Source of the DNA: Ilumatobacteraceae bacterium
GTDB lineage: Bacteria > Actinomycetota > Acidimicrobiia > Acidimicrobiales > Ilumatobacteraceae
Direction: 5' to 3'
DNA length: 64,000 nt
Assembly (NCBI GenBank): GCA_963704915.1
Contig: CAVPIC010000007.1
Span: 123,819-187,818, forward strand
Part shown: in pieces, positions 45,442 to 56,058 of the stretch
How the letters are laid out: each line of letters begins with the position of its first letter
Position numbering within the stretch: position 1 is the first letter of the stretch
The notes under the pieces: model-generated
Database searches by the model: none
Told to the model about the DNA's origin: nothing
Seen by the model: only the letters and a program-made list of their open reading frames with translations
Made by a program: the position numbers and the translations under genes

Positions 45442-46602
45442 ATGGCGCAGGACGACAACAGCAACGGCGGCGAGGTCAATCGAGTACTGGAGATCCGCCG
45501 CGGGTCGATCGGCGAGTCCGAGGTCCACGACGAGCCGCTCGCTCCGTTGCATGATGGCCAGATCCGCCTCCGGGTCGATCGATTCGCGGTCACTGCCAAC
45601 AACGTCAGCTATGCCGGCGCCGGTGACCTGCTCGGCTACTGGGACTTCTTCCCGTCGTCCGACCCCACCACCTGGGGCCGAGTCCCTGCGGTCGGCTACG
45701 CCGAGATCATCGAGTCGCGCCATGACGATCTCGCGGTCGGCGGTCGCTATCACGGGTGGTTCCCCATGGCCGAGACGGTCACGTTCACCGCGACGGCCAC
45801 CCGCGACGGGTTCCGTGACGACGGCGCTCACCGCCAGGCGCATGCGCCGATCTATCGGTCCTACACCCGCACCGACATCGACCCGCTCCACGACGACGCA
45901 CCCGACGGCGAGGACCGTCACGCGCTGCTGCGCGTGCTACTGCTCACCGGGTTCCTCGCCGACGAGTTCTTCGCCGACTCCGGCGGTGCGACTGCTGACG
46001 GCGCGCCGCCGTTCTTCGGAGCCGAGCAGGTGATCGTGCTGTCCGCCTCGTCGAAGACGGCGATCGGCTTCAGCCAGCGCGCCGCACAGCGAGACGGCCT
46101 CGCCGTTGTCGGGCTCACCTCGACCGCCAACGCCGACTTCGTCCGCTCGCTCGGCTTCTCCGACACGGTGGTCACCTACGACCGGATCGACAACCCCGAC
46201 ACCGGGATCCCGCTGGTCGACAGCGTGGTGATCGACATGGCCGGCAACCCGAACGTGCTCGCCGCCGTGCACCAGTGGCTGGGCGACCGGATCAAGCACT
46301 CGATGATGATCGGGCGGAGCCATCACGACGCCGTGCCGACCGCTGCGCCCGGCCCGCTCCCGGGACCTGCGCCGCAGTTCTTCTTCGCGCCGACCGAACT
46401 CGACCGGCTGGTGGAGGGCTGGGGTGCCGACGACTACCGGCGCCGCACCGCCGAGGCCACCCACGAGTTCATCGAGGCGAGCCGCGCCTGGATGACGATC
46501 GACGAACGTCGCGGACCCGATGGACCCGCATCGGCCTGGGCGTCGATCTACGCGGGTGAAGTCACCCCCGATGTCGGCGTGATCGCGTCGTTCCACCCGT
46601 GA
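45442..46602 (+). CDS. DUF2855-family protein
   Basis: About 386 aa with an MDR-like fold and no clear cofactor motif (RLRVDRFAVTANNVSYAGAGDLLGYWDFFP...). Its start lies 10 bp from the divergent SDR start; ATG 45430 is an alternative. Confidence 0.65.
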   Translation: MAQDDNSNGGEVNRVLEIRRGSIGESEVHDEPLAPLHDGQIRLRVDRFAVTANNVSYAGAGDLLGYWDFFPSSDPTTWGRVPAVGYAEIIESRHDDLAVGGRYHGWFPMAETVTFTATATRDGFRDDGAHRQAHAPIYRSYTRTDIDPLHDDAPDGEDRHALLRVLLLTGFLADEFFADSGGATADGAPPFFGAEQVIVLSASSKTAIGFSQRAAQRDGLAVVGLTSTANADFVRSLGFSDTVVTYDRIDNPDTGIPLVDSVVIDMAGNPNVLAAVHQWLGDRIKHSMMIGRSHHDAVPTAAPGPLPGPAPQFFFAPTELDRLVEGWGADDYRRRTAEATHEFIEASRAWMTIDERRGPDGPASAWASIYAGEVTPDVGVIASFHP

Positions 46603-47867
46603 GCCGCCCGCCCCTGCATCGGCGACTGCTCCGCGTCCCCCGGCCGAGCGACAAACGCCTCGCCGTGCGTGTGACGCCCGATGCGCTGCGACACATCCGC
46701 TCCGGGCACCCCTGGGTCTTCGAGGAATCGGTCACCTCGATCAGCCACGAGGCCGACGTCGGCGACGTCTCGGTGATCTTCGACAACGACCGCAAGTTCG
46801 TCGCGCTCGCGCTCTACGACCCCGACTCGCCGATCCAGTTCCGGATCCTCCACGTCGGCAAGCCGACGCCGATCGACGCCGACTGGTGGCGATCGACGAT
46901 CGATGCAGCACTCGCGGTCCGGGCGCCGTTCACCACCGCCCCCGACGCCGACCGCCTCGCGTACCGCGTCCTCAACGGCGAGAACGACGGTGTGTCCGGG
47001 CTGGTCGTCGATCGCTTCGCGGGGGTCCTCGTGATCAAGCTGTACTCGGCCGCCTGGTTTGCTCACTTGGTCCCGGTGGTCAATGCGCTGCTCGATCTCA
47101 CCGGCTGCAGCGGCGTGGTGCTGCGCCTCGCCCGCAACTTGCAGACCCGCGAGACCTTCGGGCTCGTCGACGGCGACGTGATCGCCGGCGATCTGCCCGA
47201 CGGCCCCGTCCGATTCCTGGAAGCAGGCCTCGAATTCGACGCCGACGTGCGCACCGGGCAGAAGACCGGCCACTTCCTCGACCAACGTGCGAACCGCATC
47301 CGCGTCGGAGAGATGTCGGCCGGACGCGAAGTCCTCGACGTCTTCGCGTCCACCGGCGGCTTCAGCGTGCACGCGGCTGCCGGGGGAGCGAGATCGGTGC
47401 ACGCAGTCGATCTGTCGGCGCCGACGCTCGCCGCGGCCGAGCACAACGTGGCGCTCAACGCCCACCTCGACGCGGTCCGTGCTTGTGCGTTCACGACCGA
47501 AGTCGGCGACGCCTTCGAGGTCATGGCGCAACTCGCCCGAGCCGGCCATGACTACGACCTCGTCGTCGTCGATCCGCCGTCGTTCGCTCAGCGCCAGGCG
47601 AACGTCGAGGGGGCCCTGCGCGCCTACACTCGCCTCACGCATCTGGCGCTTCGCCTCGTGCGGCCGGGCGGGACGCTGGTCCAGGCGTCGTGTTCGAGCC
47701 GTGTGACCGCCGAGCAGTTCTTCGACACCGTCGTCGATGCAGCCGAATCCGCCGGACGACCGCTGAGCGAGATCGCCCGGACCGGCCACGACATCGACCA
47801 CCCCGTCACGTTTCGTGAAGGCGCCTACCTCAAGGCCGGAGTCTGGACGGTTGGCGCCCGGCGCTGA
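46599..47867 (+). CDS. Class I SAM-dependent rRNA methyltransferase (RlmI/RlmK-like, PUA-type N-terminus)
   Basis: 422 aa containing YRVLNGENDGVSGLVVDRF, QKTGHFLDQR, VLDVFASTGGFS and VVDPPSF. Confidence 0.85.
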   Translation: MSRPPLHRRLLRVPRPSDKRLAVRVTPDALRHIRSGHPWVFEESVTSISHEADVGDVSVIFDNDRKFVALALYDPDSPIQFRILHVGKPTPIDADWWRSTIDAALAVRAPFTTAPDADRLAYRVLNGENDGVSGLVVDRFAGVLVIKLYSAAWFAHLVPVVNALLDLTGCSGVVLRLARNLQTRETFGLVDGDVIAGDLPDGPVRFLEAGLEFDADVRTGQKTGHFLDQRANRIRVGEMSAGREVLDVFASTGGFSVHAAAGGARSVHAVDLSAPTLAAAEHNVALNAHLDAVRACAFTTEVGDAFEVMAQLARAGHDYDLVVVDPPSFAQRQANVEGALRAYTRLTHLALRLVRPGGTLVQASCSSRVTAEQFFDTVVDAAESAGRPLSEIARTGHDIDHPVTFREGAYLKAGVWTVGARR

Positions 47868-47880
47868 TCGCCACCGCGGG

Positions 47881-49362
47881 CTATTCGACGAGGACGTGGC
47901 CGACCGGACTCGTCCGGCGAACGTGTCCGAGGACCGGACTCGCAACCACGGTGGCCCGCGCTCCCTGGGGAATCGCATGACGTTCGCCGGTCTTCCAGGC
48001 GGTGATCGTGTCGGCGCTGCCGTCGTCGACGGCGAGGTACACCCGGTAACGGTCGCGTTCGAGCGTCCGCTGGAGCCTCCTCGGAAGAGGTGACACCTCG
48101 GCGGGGCGGCGCGTCCGTAGCACGGCACCCGTGCGCTCGACCGAGTTGAACCCGTCGAAGGCGCCCGCCAGTGCCATCCAGAGCCCGAGCACGATCGGCA
48201 CGTAGGCGAGGAAGGTCAACGCAGTAGCGATGTCGGCGATCAGCCAGTCCTGCGACGGGAACTGGTCGTAGATCCAGTCGAACGTCTCACCGCGTGCGAC
48301 ATCGCTCGCCCACGACCGCAACCTCAGGCCGATGAAACAGGCCACGAGTCCGACGCCGATGGCCGCGAACGGGGCGGTGCCGTAGCCGACCCGAGTCGGG
48401 TACGTCACCCGGACCAGCCGGGCCCGGCCGCCGACGGTGCTCCATGCCCGGTGGTGGTCCTCGCGCGCCAGGGGCAGCTCGACTGCTGCGCCGACGGCGA
48501 GACACATCGCCGTTGCATAGGCGAGTCGTCGATCGCCGGTCTCGACGGCGCTCGGTGCCAGATCGGCGAAGCCGCCGACGGCCAGACGTTCGCGCACAGC
48601 GAGCCATCGACGCGTGGCCTCGACGCCGTCGGCGGTGTGTGTGTACGACGGTCTGACGAACAGCCGGACGGCACACACGACCGCTGAGACGAGCAGCACG
48701 GCCAACGTCCAGCCGATGATGCGCACGCCCACCGAGTCGATCACGGCCACCTCGGTGTCGCCGGTACCGCGGGCGATCAGCCAGCACAGCGCTGCACCCG
48801 CCCAGAGCGCGCCCGGAACGAGGAGGTCGGTGGGGGCCCAGCGGCGCCGTGCGAGGCCGGCCTGCACCGCCTCGTCGACGACGAGCCCGCTGAACCGGCG
48901 CCACCAGGAGCTGCGGATGTCGACAGCCAGATAGCGCACCGGGATGGCTCGGTCAGTGGTGAATCGGGACAGCACGTGTTGCAGGACGAGCCGTTCGTGA
49001 GGACGCAACGCGTCGCCCTGGTACGCCGTTGCCGCCGGCCGGACCCGCGCCAGCTCCTCGAGATCGTCCTCGGGCGGGAGGATGCGCAGCCAGCCCCGAG
49101 CGGCCAGGTCGATCATCGTGGCCCGGAATCCTGCCGCCGTCACCGTGGCGTCGTTGGTCAACATGTTGACCACGGCGGGCGGGTCGGCGCGCAGCGCGCC
49201 TGCGACGTTGTCCGCCTCCGGGCGCGGTGGCAGCAGCCGGTCACGGGTGCGCACGAAGGTGAGCCAGCCCGCGACGACGAAGAGCGCGCCGAGCCACAGC
49301 CAGCCCGCCGTGAAAGCCGGCGCGATGATGCCGACCACGCCCAACGTCATGGGCGTCATCAT
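47881..49362 (-). CDS. DUF2207-like polytopic membrane protein
   Basis: It contains FRATMIDLAARGWLRI and several TM helices. ATG 49362 lies 4 nt after the MscS stop. Confidence 0.55.
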   Translation of the reverse strand: MMTPMTLGVVGIIAPAFTAGWLWLGALFVVAGWLTFVRTRDRLLPPRPEADNVAGALRADPPAVVNMLTNDATVTAAGFRATMIDLAARGWLRILPPEDDLEELARVRPAATAYQGDALRPHERLVLQHVLSRFTTDRAIPVRYLAVDIRSSWWRRFSGLVVDEAVQAGLARRRWAPTDLLVPGALWAGAALCWLIARGTGDTEVAVIDSVGVRIIGWTLAVLLVSAVVCAVRLFVRPSYTHTADGVEATRRWLAVRERLAVGGFADLAPSAVETGDRRLAYATAMCLAVGAAVELPLAREDHHRAWSTVGGRARLVRVTYPTRVGYGTAPFAAIGVGLVACFIGLRLRSWASDVARGETFDWIYDQFPSQDWLIADIATALTFLAYVPIVLGLWMALAGAFDGFNSVERTGAVLRTRRPAEVSPLPRRLQRTLERDRYRVYLAVDDGSADTITAWKTGERHAIPQGARATVVASPVLGHVRRTSPVGHVLVE

Positions 49363-49366
49363 GGCA

Positions 49367-50554
49367 TCACGGTGGGGCTTCGAAGGGATCGTCCCCCGGG
49401 GAGCTCGCCGCGTCGGTGCCCGCGTCGGTGTCATCGTCGCGTCGCACCCAGATCGTCCGCTGTGGGAACGGGATGTCGATGCCGGCGCCGTCCAGCGCCG
49501 CCTTGAGCGCCTCGCGCAGCGCTCGTTGCAGGCCCCACTGGGCGCCTGGCTGCACCTTGGCCGTGACGCGAATGGTGATGCCGTCGGCGCCCAGTGCCTC
49601 GACGCCGAGTACCTGTGGGGGATCGATGACCACGGCCGACCACTCCTCGGTCGCGACCAGTTCGTTCGCGCAGTCGATGATCACCTGGCGTGCGGCAGCC
49701 AGATCGCAGTCGTACGCGACGTCGACGTCGACGAGCGCCACGGACCAGAGCTGTGACCGGTTGCCTACGCGTGTCACGTACCCGTTCGGCACGTGCCACA
49801 CCGTGCCGTCGACGCCTCGAAGGACGGTCGTGCGCAACGAGATCTTCTCCACGACACCGCTCGCTTCGTCGAGGTCGACGACGTCTCCGACGCCGTACTG
49901 ATCCTCGAGCAGCATGAACAGCCCGGCGATGCAGTCCTTCACCAGGCTCTGCGCGCCGAAGCCGAGTGCCACGCCGGCGATGCCCGCACCGGCGATGAGG
50001 GGTCCGAGGTTCACGCCGGTCTCGCCGAGGGCCGTGAGCACCGCGATGGTCCAGATGAGCACTGACGCGGTGCTGCCGACGACGAGGGAGATCGAGTGCA
50101 GCCGAGCCTGGCGTCGTGGGTCGTCTTCGGTGATGCCGATCGGCTCGGCGACCAGCGCGGTCGCTCGGTCGCCCAGCTTCTGGATGTGGCGGGCAGCCGA
50201 TGCCCGGTCGGGGGCGACCACTCGGGCCACCATGTGTCCGAGGTACCGCCGCGCGAGGTGTGCGACGACGAAGGCAACGACGAAGATCACGATCATGGTG
50301 ACCGCCCACTCGGCGATCGAGGAGAGGAATCGGTTGCCTCCGGTGAGATCGAACACCGTTTCGCAGACCCAACCCGGATTGGGGCCGCATGCGTTGTCCA
50401 GTTCTGGGTCCACGACAGCGACCGTACCCAACCATCCCACGCCCACACGGGATGCAGGCGCGCTGTTCGAACCGATCTTGACGCCACGTTGAGGCAACCT
50501 TGCCCCGACCTCGACAGCAGCAGCCGATAGCATCGTCCGGATGTCGAAACCCAT
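49367..50554 (-). CDS. Mechanosensitive ion channel (MscS family)
   Basis: The core motif is LGPLIAGAGIAGVALGFGAQSLVKDCIAGLFMLLEDQYGVGD. The start is ambiguous: ATG 50554 overlaps the divergent ugd start, and ATG 50533 is an alternative. Confidence 0.85.
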   Translation of the reverse strand: MGFDIRTMLSAAAVEVGARLPQRGVKIGSNSAPASRVGVGWLGTVAVVDPELDNACGPNPGWVCETVFDLTGGNRFLSSIAEWAVTMIVIFVVAFVVAHLARRYLGHMVARVVAPDRASAARHIQKLGDRATALVAEPIGITEDDPRRQARLHSISLVVGSTASVLIWTIAVLTALGETGVNLGPLIAGAGIAGVALGFGAQSLVKDCIAGLFMLLEDQYGVGDVVDLDEASGVVEKISLRTTVLRGVDGTVWHVPNGYVTRVGNRSQLWSVALVDVDVAYDCDLAAARQVIIDCANELVATEEWSAVVIDPPQVLGVEALGADGITIRVTAKVQPGAQWGLQRALREALKAALDGAGIDIPFPQRTIWVRRDDDTDAGTDAASSPGDDPFEAPP

Positions 50555-51857
50555 CCGTCTCGGTGTCGTCGGAACCGGCTACGTCGGTTTGACCACGGGC
50601 GCCTGCTTCGCCCACCTCGGGCATCACGTCGTGTGCGGCGACATCGACCAGCGCAAGGTCGACCTCCTCAACGACGGACACATCCCTATCGTTGAGGAGG
50701 GTCTCGAGACCATCGTGAACGACGCCCGCACCGCAGGCCTGCTGGAGTTCGTCCTGGGCGCCGAATCTGCCGCCGATGGCGCCGACATCGTGTTCCTGTG
50801 CGTGCCCACGCCGCAGGGCGACGACGGCAGTGCCGATCTGAGTTACATCCAGGCCGCCGCCGCCCAGATCGCCCCGGTGCTGAAGCCGGGCGCGGTCGTG
50901 GTCAACAAGTCGACCGTTCCCGTCGGCTCCACGCTGGCGGTCGAGCGAGTGCTCCAGCGTGACGACGTCTTCGTCGTGTCGAACCCCGAGTTCCTGCGTG
51001 AGGGCACCGCAGTCCACGACTTCCTGCACCCCGACCGCGTGGTGATCGGCAGCGCCGATCGCGGCGCGGCCGAACGCGTCGCCGAGCTGTACGCCACGAT
51101 CGACACGCCGATCCTGATCACCGACCCCGCATCGGCCGAGACGATCAAGTACGCCGCCAACGGCTTCCTGGCCATGAAGATCAGCTTCGTGAACGCCGTC
51201 GCGGCGATGTGCGAGGCGGTCGGCGCGGACGTCGCCGCCGTCGTCGACGGGATCGGCTCCGATCAGCGCATCGGCAGCCAGTTCCTGCGGCCGGGTCCCG
51301 GCTGGGGTGGGAGTTGCTTCCCGAAGGACTCGCGTGCGCTGGTCAAGATCGCCGAGGACCACGGATACAACTTCACGATGATGCGCGGCGTCATCGACGT
51401 CAACGACGAACAACTCCAGCGGATGGTCGCCAAGATCCGCTCCGCTGTCGGTCGGCCCGACGGTGACCTCGACGGTGTCACCGTCGGTGCGCTCGGCCTC
51501 ACGTTCAAGGCCGGTACCGATGACCTCCGTGAGTCACCCGCGTTGGCGATCATCGCCGAGCTGCGCGCCCTCGGCGCGACCGTGCGGGCCTACGACCCGA
51601 CGACGGTCGGCGAACTGACGCCGCATCAGACCGTCGTGCTCGACGGGATCGACCTGGTGGCCGATGCGCTCGACGTTGCCGACGATGCCGACGTGCTCAC
51701 GGTGTTCACCGAGTGGCCGGACTTCGCCAAGGTCGATCTTGGCGGACTTGCAGCCCGCGTTGCGCGCCCCGTCACCGTCGTCGACACACGCAACCTTCTC
51801 GACCCGGTGCTCGTCCGCGAAGCCGGTCTCGGCTACGACGGCGTCGGTCGCCACTGA
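50541..51857 (+). CDS. ugd: UDP-glucose 6-dehydrogenase
   Basis: 438 aa with LGVVGTGYVGLTTGACFA, GGSCFPKD and LGLTFKAGTDDLRESPA. Confidence 0.9.
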   Translation: MSKPIRLGVVGTGYVGLTTGACFAHLGHHVVCGDIDQRKVDLLNDGHIPIVEEGLETIVNDARTAGLLEFVLGAESAADGADIVFLCVPTPQGDDGSADLSYIQAAAAQIAPVLKPGAVVVNKSTVPVGSTLAVERVLQRDDVFVVSNPEFLREGTAVHDFLHPDRVVIGSADRGAAERVAELYATIDTPILITDPASAETIKYAANGFLAMKISFVNAVAAMCEAVGADVAAVVDGIGSDQRIGSQFLRPGPGWGGSCFPKDSRALVKIAEDHGYNFTMMRGVIDVNDEQLQRMVAKIRSAVGRPDGDLDGVTVGALGLTFKAGTDDLRESPALAIIAELRALGATVRAYDPTTVGELTPHQTVVLDGIDLVADALDVADDADVLTVFTEWPDFAKVDLGGLAARVARPVTVVDTRNLLDPVLVREAGLGYDGVGRH

Positions 51858-51876
51858 ACGCGACGGCGTCGGCGCC

Positions 51877-52809
51877 TCAGCCGAGGCGTGACGCGAAGTA
51901 CTCGGCGGTGCGCTCGATGCCCTCGCGCAGCTGCACCGTCGGTTCCCAGCCCAGCAGCGTGTGGGCCTTGGTCAAGTCGGGCTTGCGCTGCATCGGATCG
52001 TCGACCGGCAGCGGCAGGTACACGAGTTCGGACGACGAGCCGGTGACCTCGACGATCAGTTCGGCGAGCTGAGCGATCGTGAACTCGTGGTCGTTGCCGA
52101 TGTTGATCGGGCCGGTCTGCTCGGAGTCGAGCAGTGCCAGGAACCCGCGGATCTCGTCGTCGACGTAGGTGAACGAACGGGTCTGGGACCCGTCGCCGAA
52201 GATCGTGATCGGCTCGCCACGCAGGGCCTGGACGAGGAAGTTCGACACCGCACGCCCGTCGTCCGGACGCATGCGCGGCCCGTAGGTGTTGAAGATTCGC
52301 ACGATGCGAACGTCGACACCGTGGTGGCGGTGGTAGGCCATCGTCATCGCCTCGGCATAGCGCTTCGCTTCGTCGTAGACGCCACGGGGGCCGATCGGGT
52401 TGACGTTGCCCCAGTACTCCTCGGGCTGCGGGTGCACGAGCGGGTCGCCGTACACCTCGGAGGTCGACGCGAGGAAGAACCGGGCGCCCTTTGCCAGCGC
52501 GAGACCGAGCGTGTTGTGTGTCCCGAGTCCGCCGACCTTGAGGATCTGGATCGGGATCCGTTCGAAGTCGGCCGGGCTCGCCGGGCTCGCCAGGTGCATC
52601 ACGGCATCGACGTGGCCCGGGACCCACACGTAGTTGCTGACGTCGTGCTCGACGAAGGTGAAGCCGGCGCCGAACAACTCCTCGATGTTGTCGACCGAGC
52701 CTGTGACGAGGTTGTCCATCGCAATCACCTCGTCACCGCGTTCGAGCAGCGCTCGGCACAGGTGCGATCCGAGAAATCCTGCTCCACCGGTGACGACGAC
52801 TCGTGCCAT
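51877..52809 (-). CDS. UDP-glucuronate decarboxylase (UDP-xylose synthase-like SDR)
   Basis: 310 aa with [27 protein letters not shown] and [10 protein letters not shown]. It is convergent with ugd. Confidence 0.85.
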   Translation of the reverse strand: MARVVVTGGAGFLGSHLCRALLERGDEVIAMDNLVTGSVDNIEELFGAGFTFVEHDVSNYVWVPGHVDAVMHLASPASPADFERIPIQILKVGGLGTHNTLGLALAKGARFFLASTSEVYGDPLVHPQPEEYWGNVNPIGPRGVYDEAKRYAEAMTMAYHRHHGVDVRIVRIFNTYGPRMRPDDGRAVSNFLVQALRGEPITIFGDGSQTRSFTYVDDEIRGFLALLDSEQTGPINIGNDHEFTIAQLAELIVEVTGSSSELVYLPLPVDDPMQRKPDLTKAHTLLGWEPTVQLREGIERTAEYFASRLG

Positions 52810-52868
52810 GGCGGCAGCGTACGCGGGGATCCGGCCGCTGGCGTGGGTCATGCCTACACTGAGCCACC

Positions 52869-54173
52869 GTGTGGAGCAGCCGGGTGAACGTGCGGTGGCG
52901 CCCATCCAGCTTCGACATCCGCACCGGCGAGTTCCGCGACCTGGTGCGACGCTCCCGCGAGGTCGTGCTCCTGGCAGCGATCACGGGAGCACTCACCGGG
53001 CTGTTCGTGAGGTTCTTCGAGTACGTCGTGGTCGAGGTCGTGTACGAACGGATCGTGCACGGACCGTTGTGGGTCGGAGCGGTCGCCCCCGGAATCGGAC
53101 TGATGCTCTCGGCGATCCTGCTCAAGACCCTCGGCAACGGCGCGTCGCCGGCCACCTCCGACGAGTACCTCCGGGCGTTCCACGATCCCGAGTATCCGCT
53201 GCGGCCGCGGGCGTTCATCGGACGCATGGCCGCATCGATCACCACGCTGGGCTCCGGCGGGGCGATGGGTCTCGAAGGTCCGTCGATGTACGGCGGTTCG
53301 GCGCTCGGCGCGATGATCCAGCGTCGGCTCCCCTCGGCGTTCCGCGGCGTCGATCACCGCACCCTGCTCGTCGCTGGCGCAGCAGCTGGTGTTGCTGCGA
53401 TCTTCAAGGCGCCGGCGACCGGCGCGATCTTCGCGCTCGAAGTGCCGTTCCGGGACCAGATGGCCAGACGGATGCTCCTGCCCGCCCTGGTGGCGAGCGC
53501 ATCGGGCTATCTCGTCTTCGTCGCGCTGAGCAACACCGATCCGATCTTCGTGTTCCAGAACGAGCGCGGTGCGTCATTCCAGTACCGCGACCTCGCTGGC
53601 GCGATCCTCATCGGTATCTGCTGCGCGATCGGTGCACGCTCGTTCTCCCGTCTGATCCGGTACGCCAAGGCCGTCACGTACCGTCCGGTCGCGCTGCGCG
53701 TGTTCGTCGCCAGCGTGACGTTGGCCGTGCTGTTCGTGATCAGCCGTCTCCTCACCGGTGAGAGCCTCACGATCGGCACTGGGTACGAGGTGATCCGATG
53801 GCTGTCGGAGGAACACGCGCTGTGGCTGCTGGCGGTGGTGTTCGCCCTGCGATGTCTGGCGACGGCGACCACGCTCGCCGGAGGTGGAGTCGGCGGACTG
53901 TTCGTGCCGTTGGTGGTCGCCGGCGCGATCGTCGGACGAGGCGTCGGTGACATCGTCAACCCACTCGACCCGACGCTGTACGTGCTGCTGGGCATCGCCG
54001 CGTTCCTGGGCGCCGGTTATCGGGTGCCACTCGCCGCGGTGATGTTCGTCGCCGAGGCCACCGGCCAGCCAGGCTTCATCGTGCCGGCGCTCTTCGCGGC
54101 CGTCGCCGCCGAGCTGGTGATGGGCGAACAATCGATCACCACGTTCCAACGCTCGCCCGACCGCGTCAACTGA
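52869..54173 (+). CDS. ClC-family voltage-gated chloride channel
   Basis: 434 aa with [19 protein letters not shown] and GGLFVP motifs. Confidence 0.85.
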   Translation: MWSSRVNVRWRPSSFDIRTGEFRDLVRRSREVVLLAAITGALTGLFVRFFEYVVVEVVYERIVHGPLWVGAVAPGIGLMLSAILLKTLGNGASPATSDEYLRAFHDPEYPLRPRAFIGRMAASITTLGSGGAMGLEGPSMYGGSALGAMIQRRLPSAFRGVDHRTLLVAGAAAGVAAIFKAPATGAIFALEVPFRDQMARRMLLPALVASASGYLVFVALSNTDPIFVFQNERGASFQYRDLAGAILIGICCAIGARSFSRLIRYAKAVTYRPVALRVFVASVTLAVLFVISRLLTGESLTIGTGYEVIRWLSEEHALWLLAVVFALRCLATATTLAGGGVGGLFVPLVVAGAIVGRGVGDIVNPLDPTLYVLLGIAAFLGAGYRVPLAAVMFVAEATGQPGFIVPALFAAVAAELVMGEQSITTFQRSPDRVN

Positions 54174-54186
54174 CGAGACTGAGACG

Positions 54187-56055
54187 ATGGCCAACGACGT
54201 CAATGTGACCGCCGAGTTGCAGGGGACCATCGTCGCGGTGTTCGTCGAGGCCGGAGCGCCGGTGGCGGCCGGCGACGTCCTGGCGCTCGTCGAGTCGATG
54301 AAGATGCATCACGAGATCGTCGCTCCCGTGTCCGGCGTCGTCGACTCGCTCGCGGTCAGCCAGGGTGACACGGTCGCGATCGGTCAGCAGTTCGCCTGCA
54401 TCACCGAAGGTGCTGGGCCGCTCGAGGTCCATCCGGCATCTGGCGCTGCTCCCGCGTCGCCCATCGGCCTGGAGCGTGACGACCTGCGCGAAGTGATCGC
54501 CCGACACGAGATCGGCCTCGACGCGCAGCGGCCGCGGGCGGTCGAGCGGCGGCGCTCGAGGGGGCACCGGACCGCGAGGGAGAACATCGGTGACCTCGTC
54601 GACGATGGCACGTTCGTGGAGTACGGGCCGCTCGTGATCGCAGCGCAGCGCCGCCGGCGCAGCGTCGAGGACCTGATCGCGTCGACCCCGGCCGACGGGC
54701 TGGTCGGCGGGATCGGCGAGGTGAACGGCGAGCTGTTCGGCTCCGGCTCGTCGAGCCGTGCATCGAAGGTCGTCGCCGTCTCCTACGACTACACCGTGCT
54801 CGCCGGGACACAGGGCACGCAGAACCATCGCAAGAAGGACCGCCTGTTCGAGGTCGCCGAGCAGCTGCGGATCCCGATCGTGTTCTTCACCGAGGGCGGC
54901 GGCGGACGCCCGGGCGACACCGACGGCATCGGCGTGAGCGGGCTCGACTGTCTCGCCTTTCGATGGTTCGCCGAACTCTCCGGCACGGTGCCCCTCGTCG
55001 GGGTGAACTCGGGCTACTGCTTCGCCGGCAACGCAGCGATCCTCGGGTGCTGCGACGTCGTGATCGCCACCGAGGACTCGAACATCGGCATGGGTGGACC
55101 GGCGATGATCGAGGGAGGCGGGCTCGGCGTGTTCCAGCCCACGGAGATCGGTCCGATCGAGGTGCAACGACGCAACGGTGTCATCGACATCGTCGTCGCC
55201 GACGAGGCGGCCGCTGTCGCGGCCGCCAAGCGGTACCTCTCGTACTTCCAGGGACGCACCGCTGTCTGGGCGGCACCCGACCAGGCGGCGTTGCGCGACG
55301 TCGTGCCGGTCGACCGGCTCCGCGTGTACGACATCCGCCGCGCGATCGACGGGCTCTTCGACACCGACTCGGTGCTCGAGCTCCGTCGCGAGTTCGGCAT
55401 CGGGATGGTCACCGCCCTCGCTCGGATCGAGGGCCGACCCGTCGGGGTCGTCGCCAACGACCCGGGCCACCTCGCCGGGGCGATCGACTCCGACGGAGCC
55501 GACAAGGCGGCGAGGTTCATGCAGTTGTGTGACGCGTTCGGGTTGCCGATCGTGACGTTGGTCGACACGCCGGGGATGATGGTCGGCCCGGATGTCGAGG
55601 CGACGGCGCTCGTTCGCCACTGCAGCCGGTTGTTCGTGACGGGAGCGAACCTCTCGGTTCCGATGGTGTCGGTGGTGACCCGCAAGGCCTACGGCCTCGG
55701 GGCACAGGCGATGATGGGTGGCACCACCAAGGCGCCGGTCGCCTGCCTGTCGTGGCCGACCGGAGAGTTCGGGGGCATGGGGCTCGAGGGCGCCGTGCGG
55801 CTCGGGTATCGCAAGGAGCTCGAGGCCGTCACCGACGACGCCGAACGTGAGGTGCTGTTCCGCGAGATGGTCGACCGGATGTACGCCCACGGCAAGGCCG
55901 TCAGCGTGGCCTCGTTCTTCGAGATCGACGACGTGATCGACCCAGCCGACACCCGGCGCTGGATCACCACGATCTTCGACGCCGCGCCCGAGACCCACCG
56001 GGCCGCGACCGACCCGACGGCCCCACCCCGGCGCCCGAACATCGACACCTGGTGA
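54187..56055 (+). CDS. Acyl-CoA carboxylase carboxyltransferase with an N-terminal biotinyl (BCCP) domain
   Basis: The first 70 or so aa carry the biotinylation motif (LVESMKMHHEI). The rest is a PccB/AccD-type carboxyltransferase (FTEGGGGRPGD...GYCFAGNAA...DTPGMMVG). Confidence 0.85.
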   Translation: MANDVNVTAELQGTIVAVFVEAGAPVAAGDVLALVESMKMHHEIVAPVSGVVDSLAVSQGDTVAIGQQFACITEGAGPLEVHPASGAAPASPIGLERDDLREVIARHEIGLDAQRPRAVERRRSRGHRTARENIGDLVDDGTFVEYGPLVIAAQRRRRSVEDLIASTPADGLVGGIGEVNGELFGSGSSSRASKVVAVSYDYTVLAGTQGTQNHRKKDRLFEVAEQLRIPIVFFTEGGGGRPGDTDGIGVSGLDCLAFRWFAELSGTVPLVGVNSGYCFAGNAAILGCCDVVIATEDSNIGMGGPAMIEGGGLGVFQPTEIGPIEVQRRNGVIDIVVADEAAAVAAAKRYLSYFQGRTAVWAAPDQAALRDVVPVDRLRVYDIRRAIDGLFDTDSVLELRREFGIGMVTALARIEGRPVGVVANDPGHLAGAIDSDGADKAARFMQLCDAFGLPIVTLVDTPGMMVGPDVEATALVRHCSRLFVTGANLSVPMVSVVTRKAYGLGAQAMMGGTTKAPVACLSWPTGEFGGMGLEGAVRLGYRKELEAVTDDAEREVLFREMVDRMYAHGKAVSVASFFEIDDVIDPADTRRWITTIFDAAPETHRAATDPTAPPRRPNIDTW

Positions 56056-56058
56056 GTG

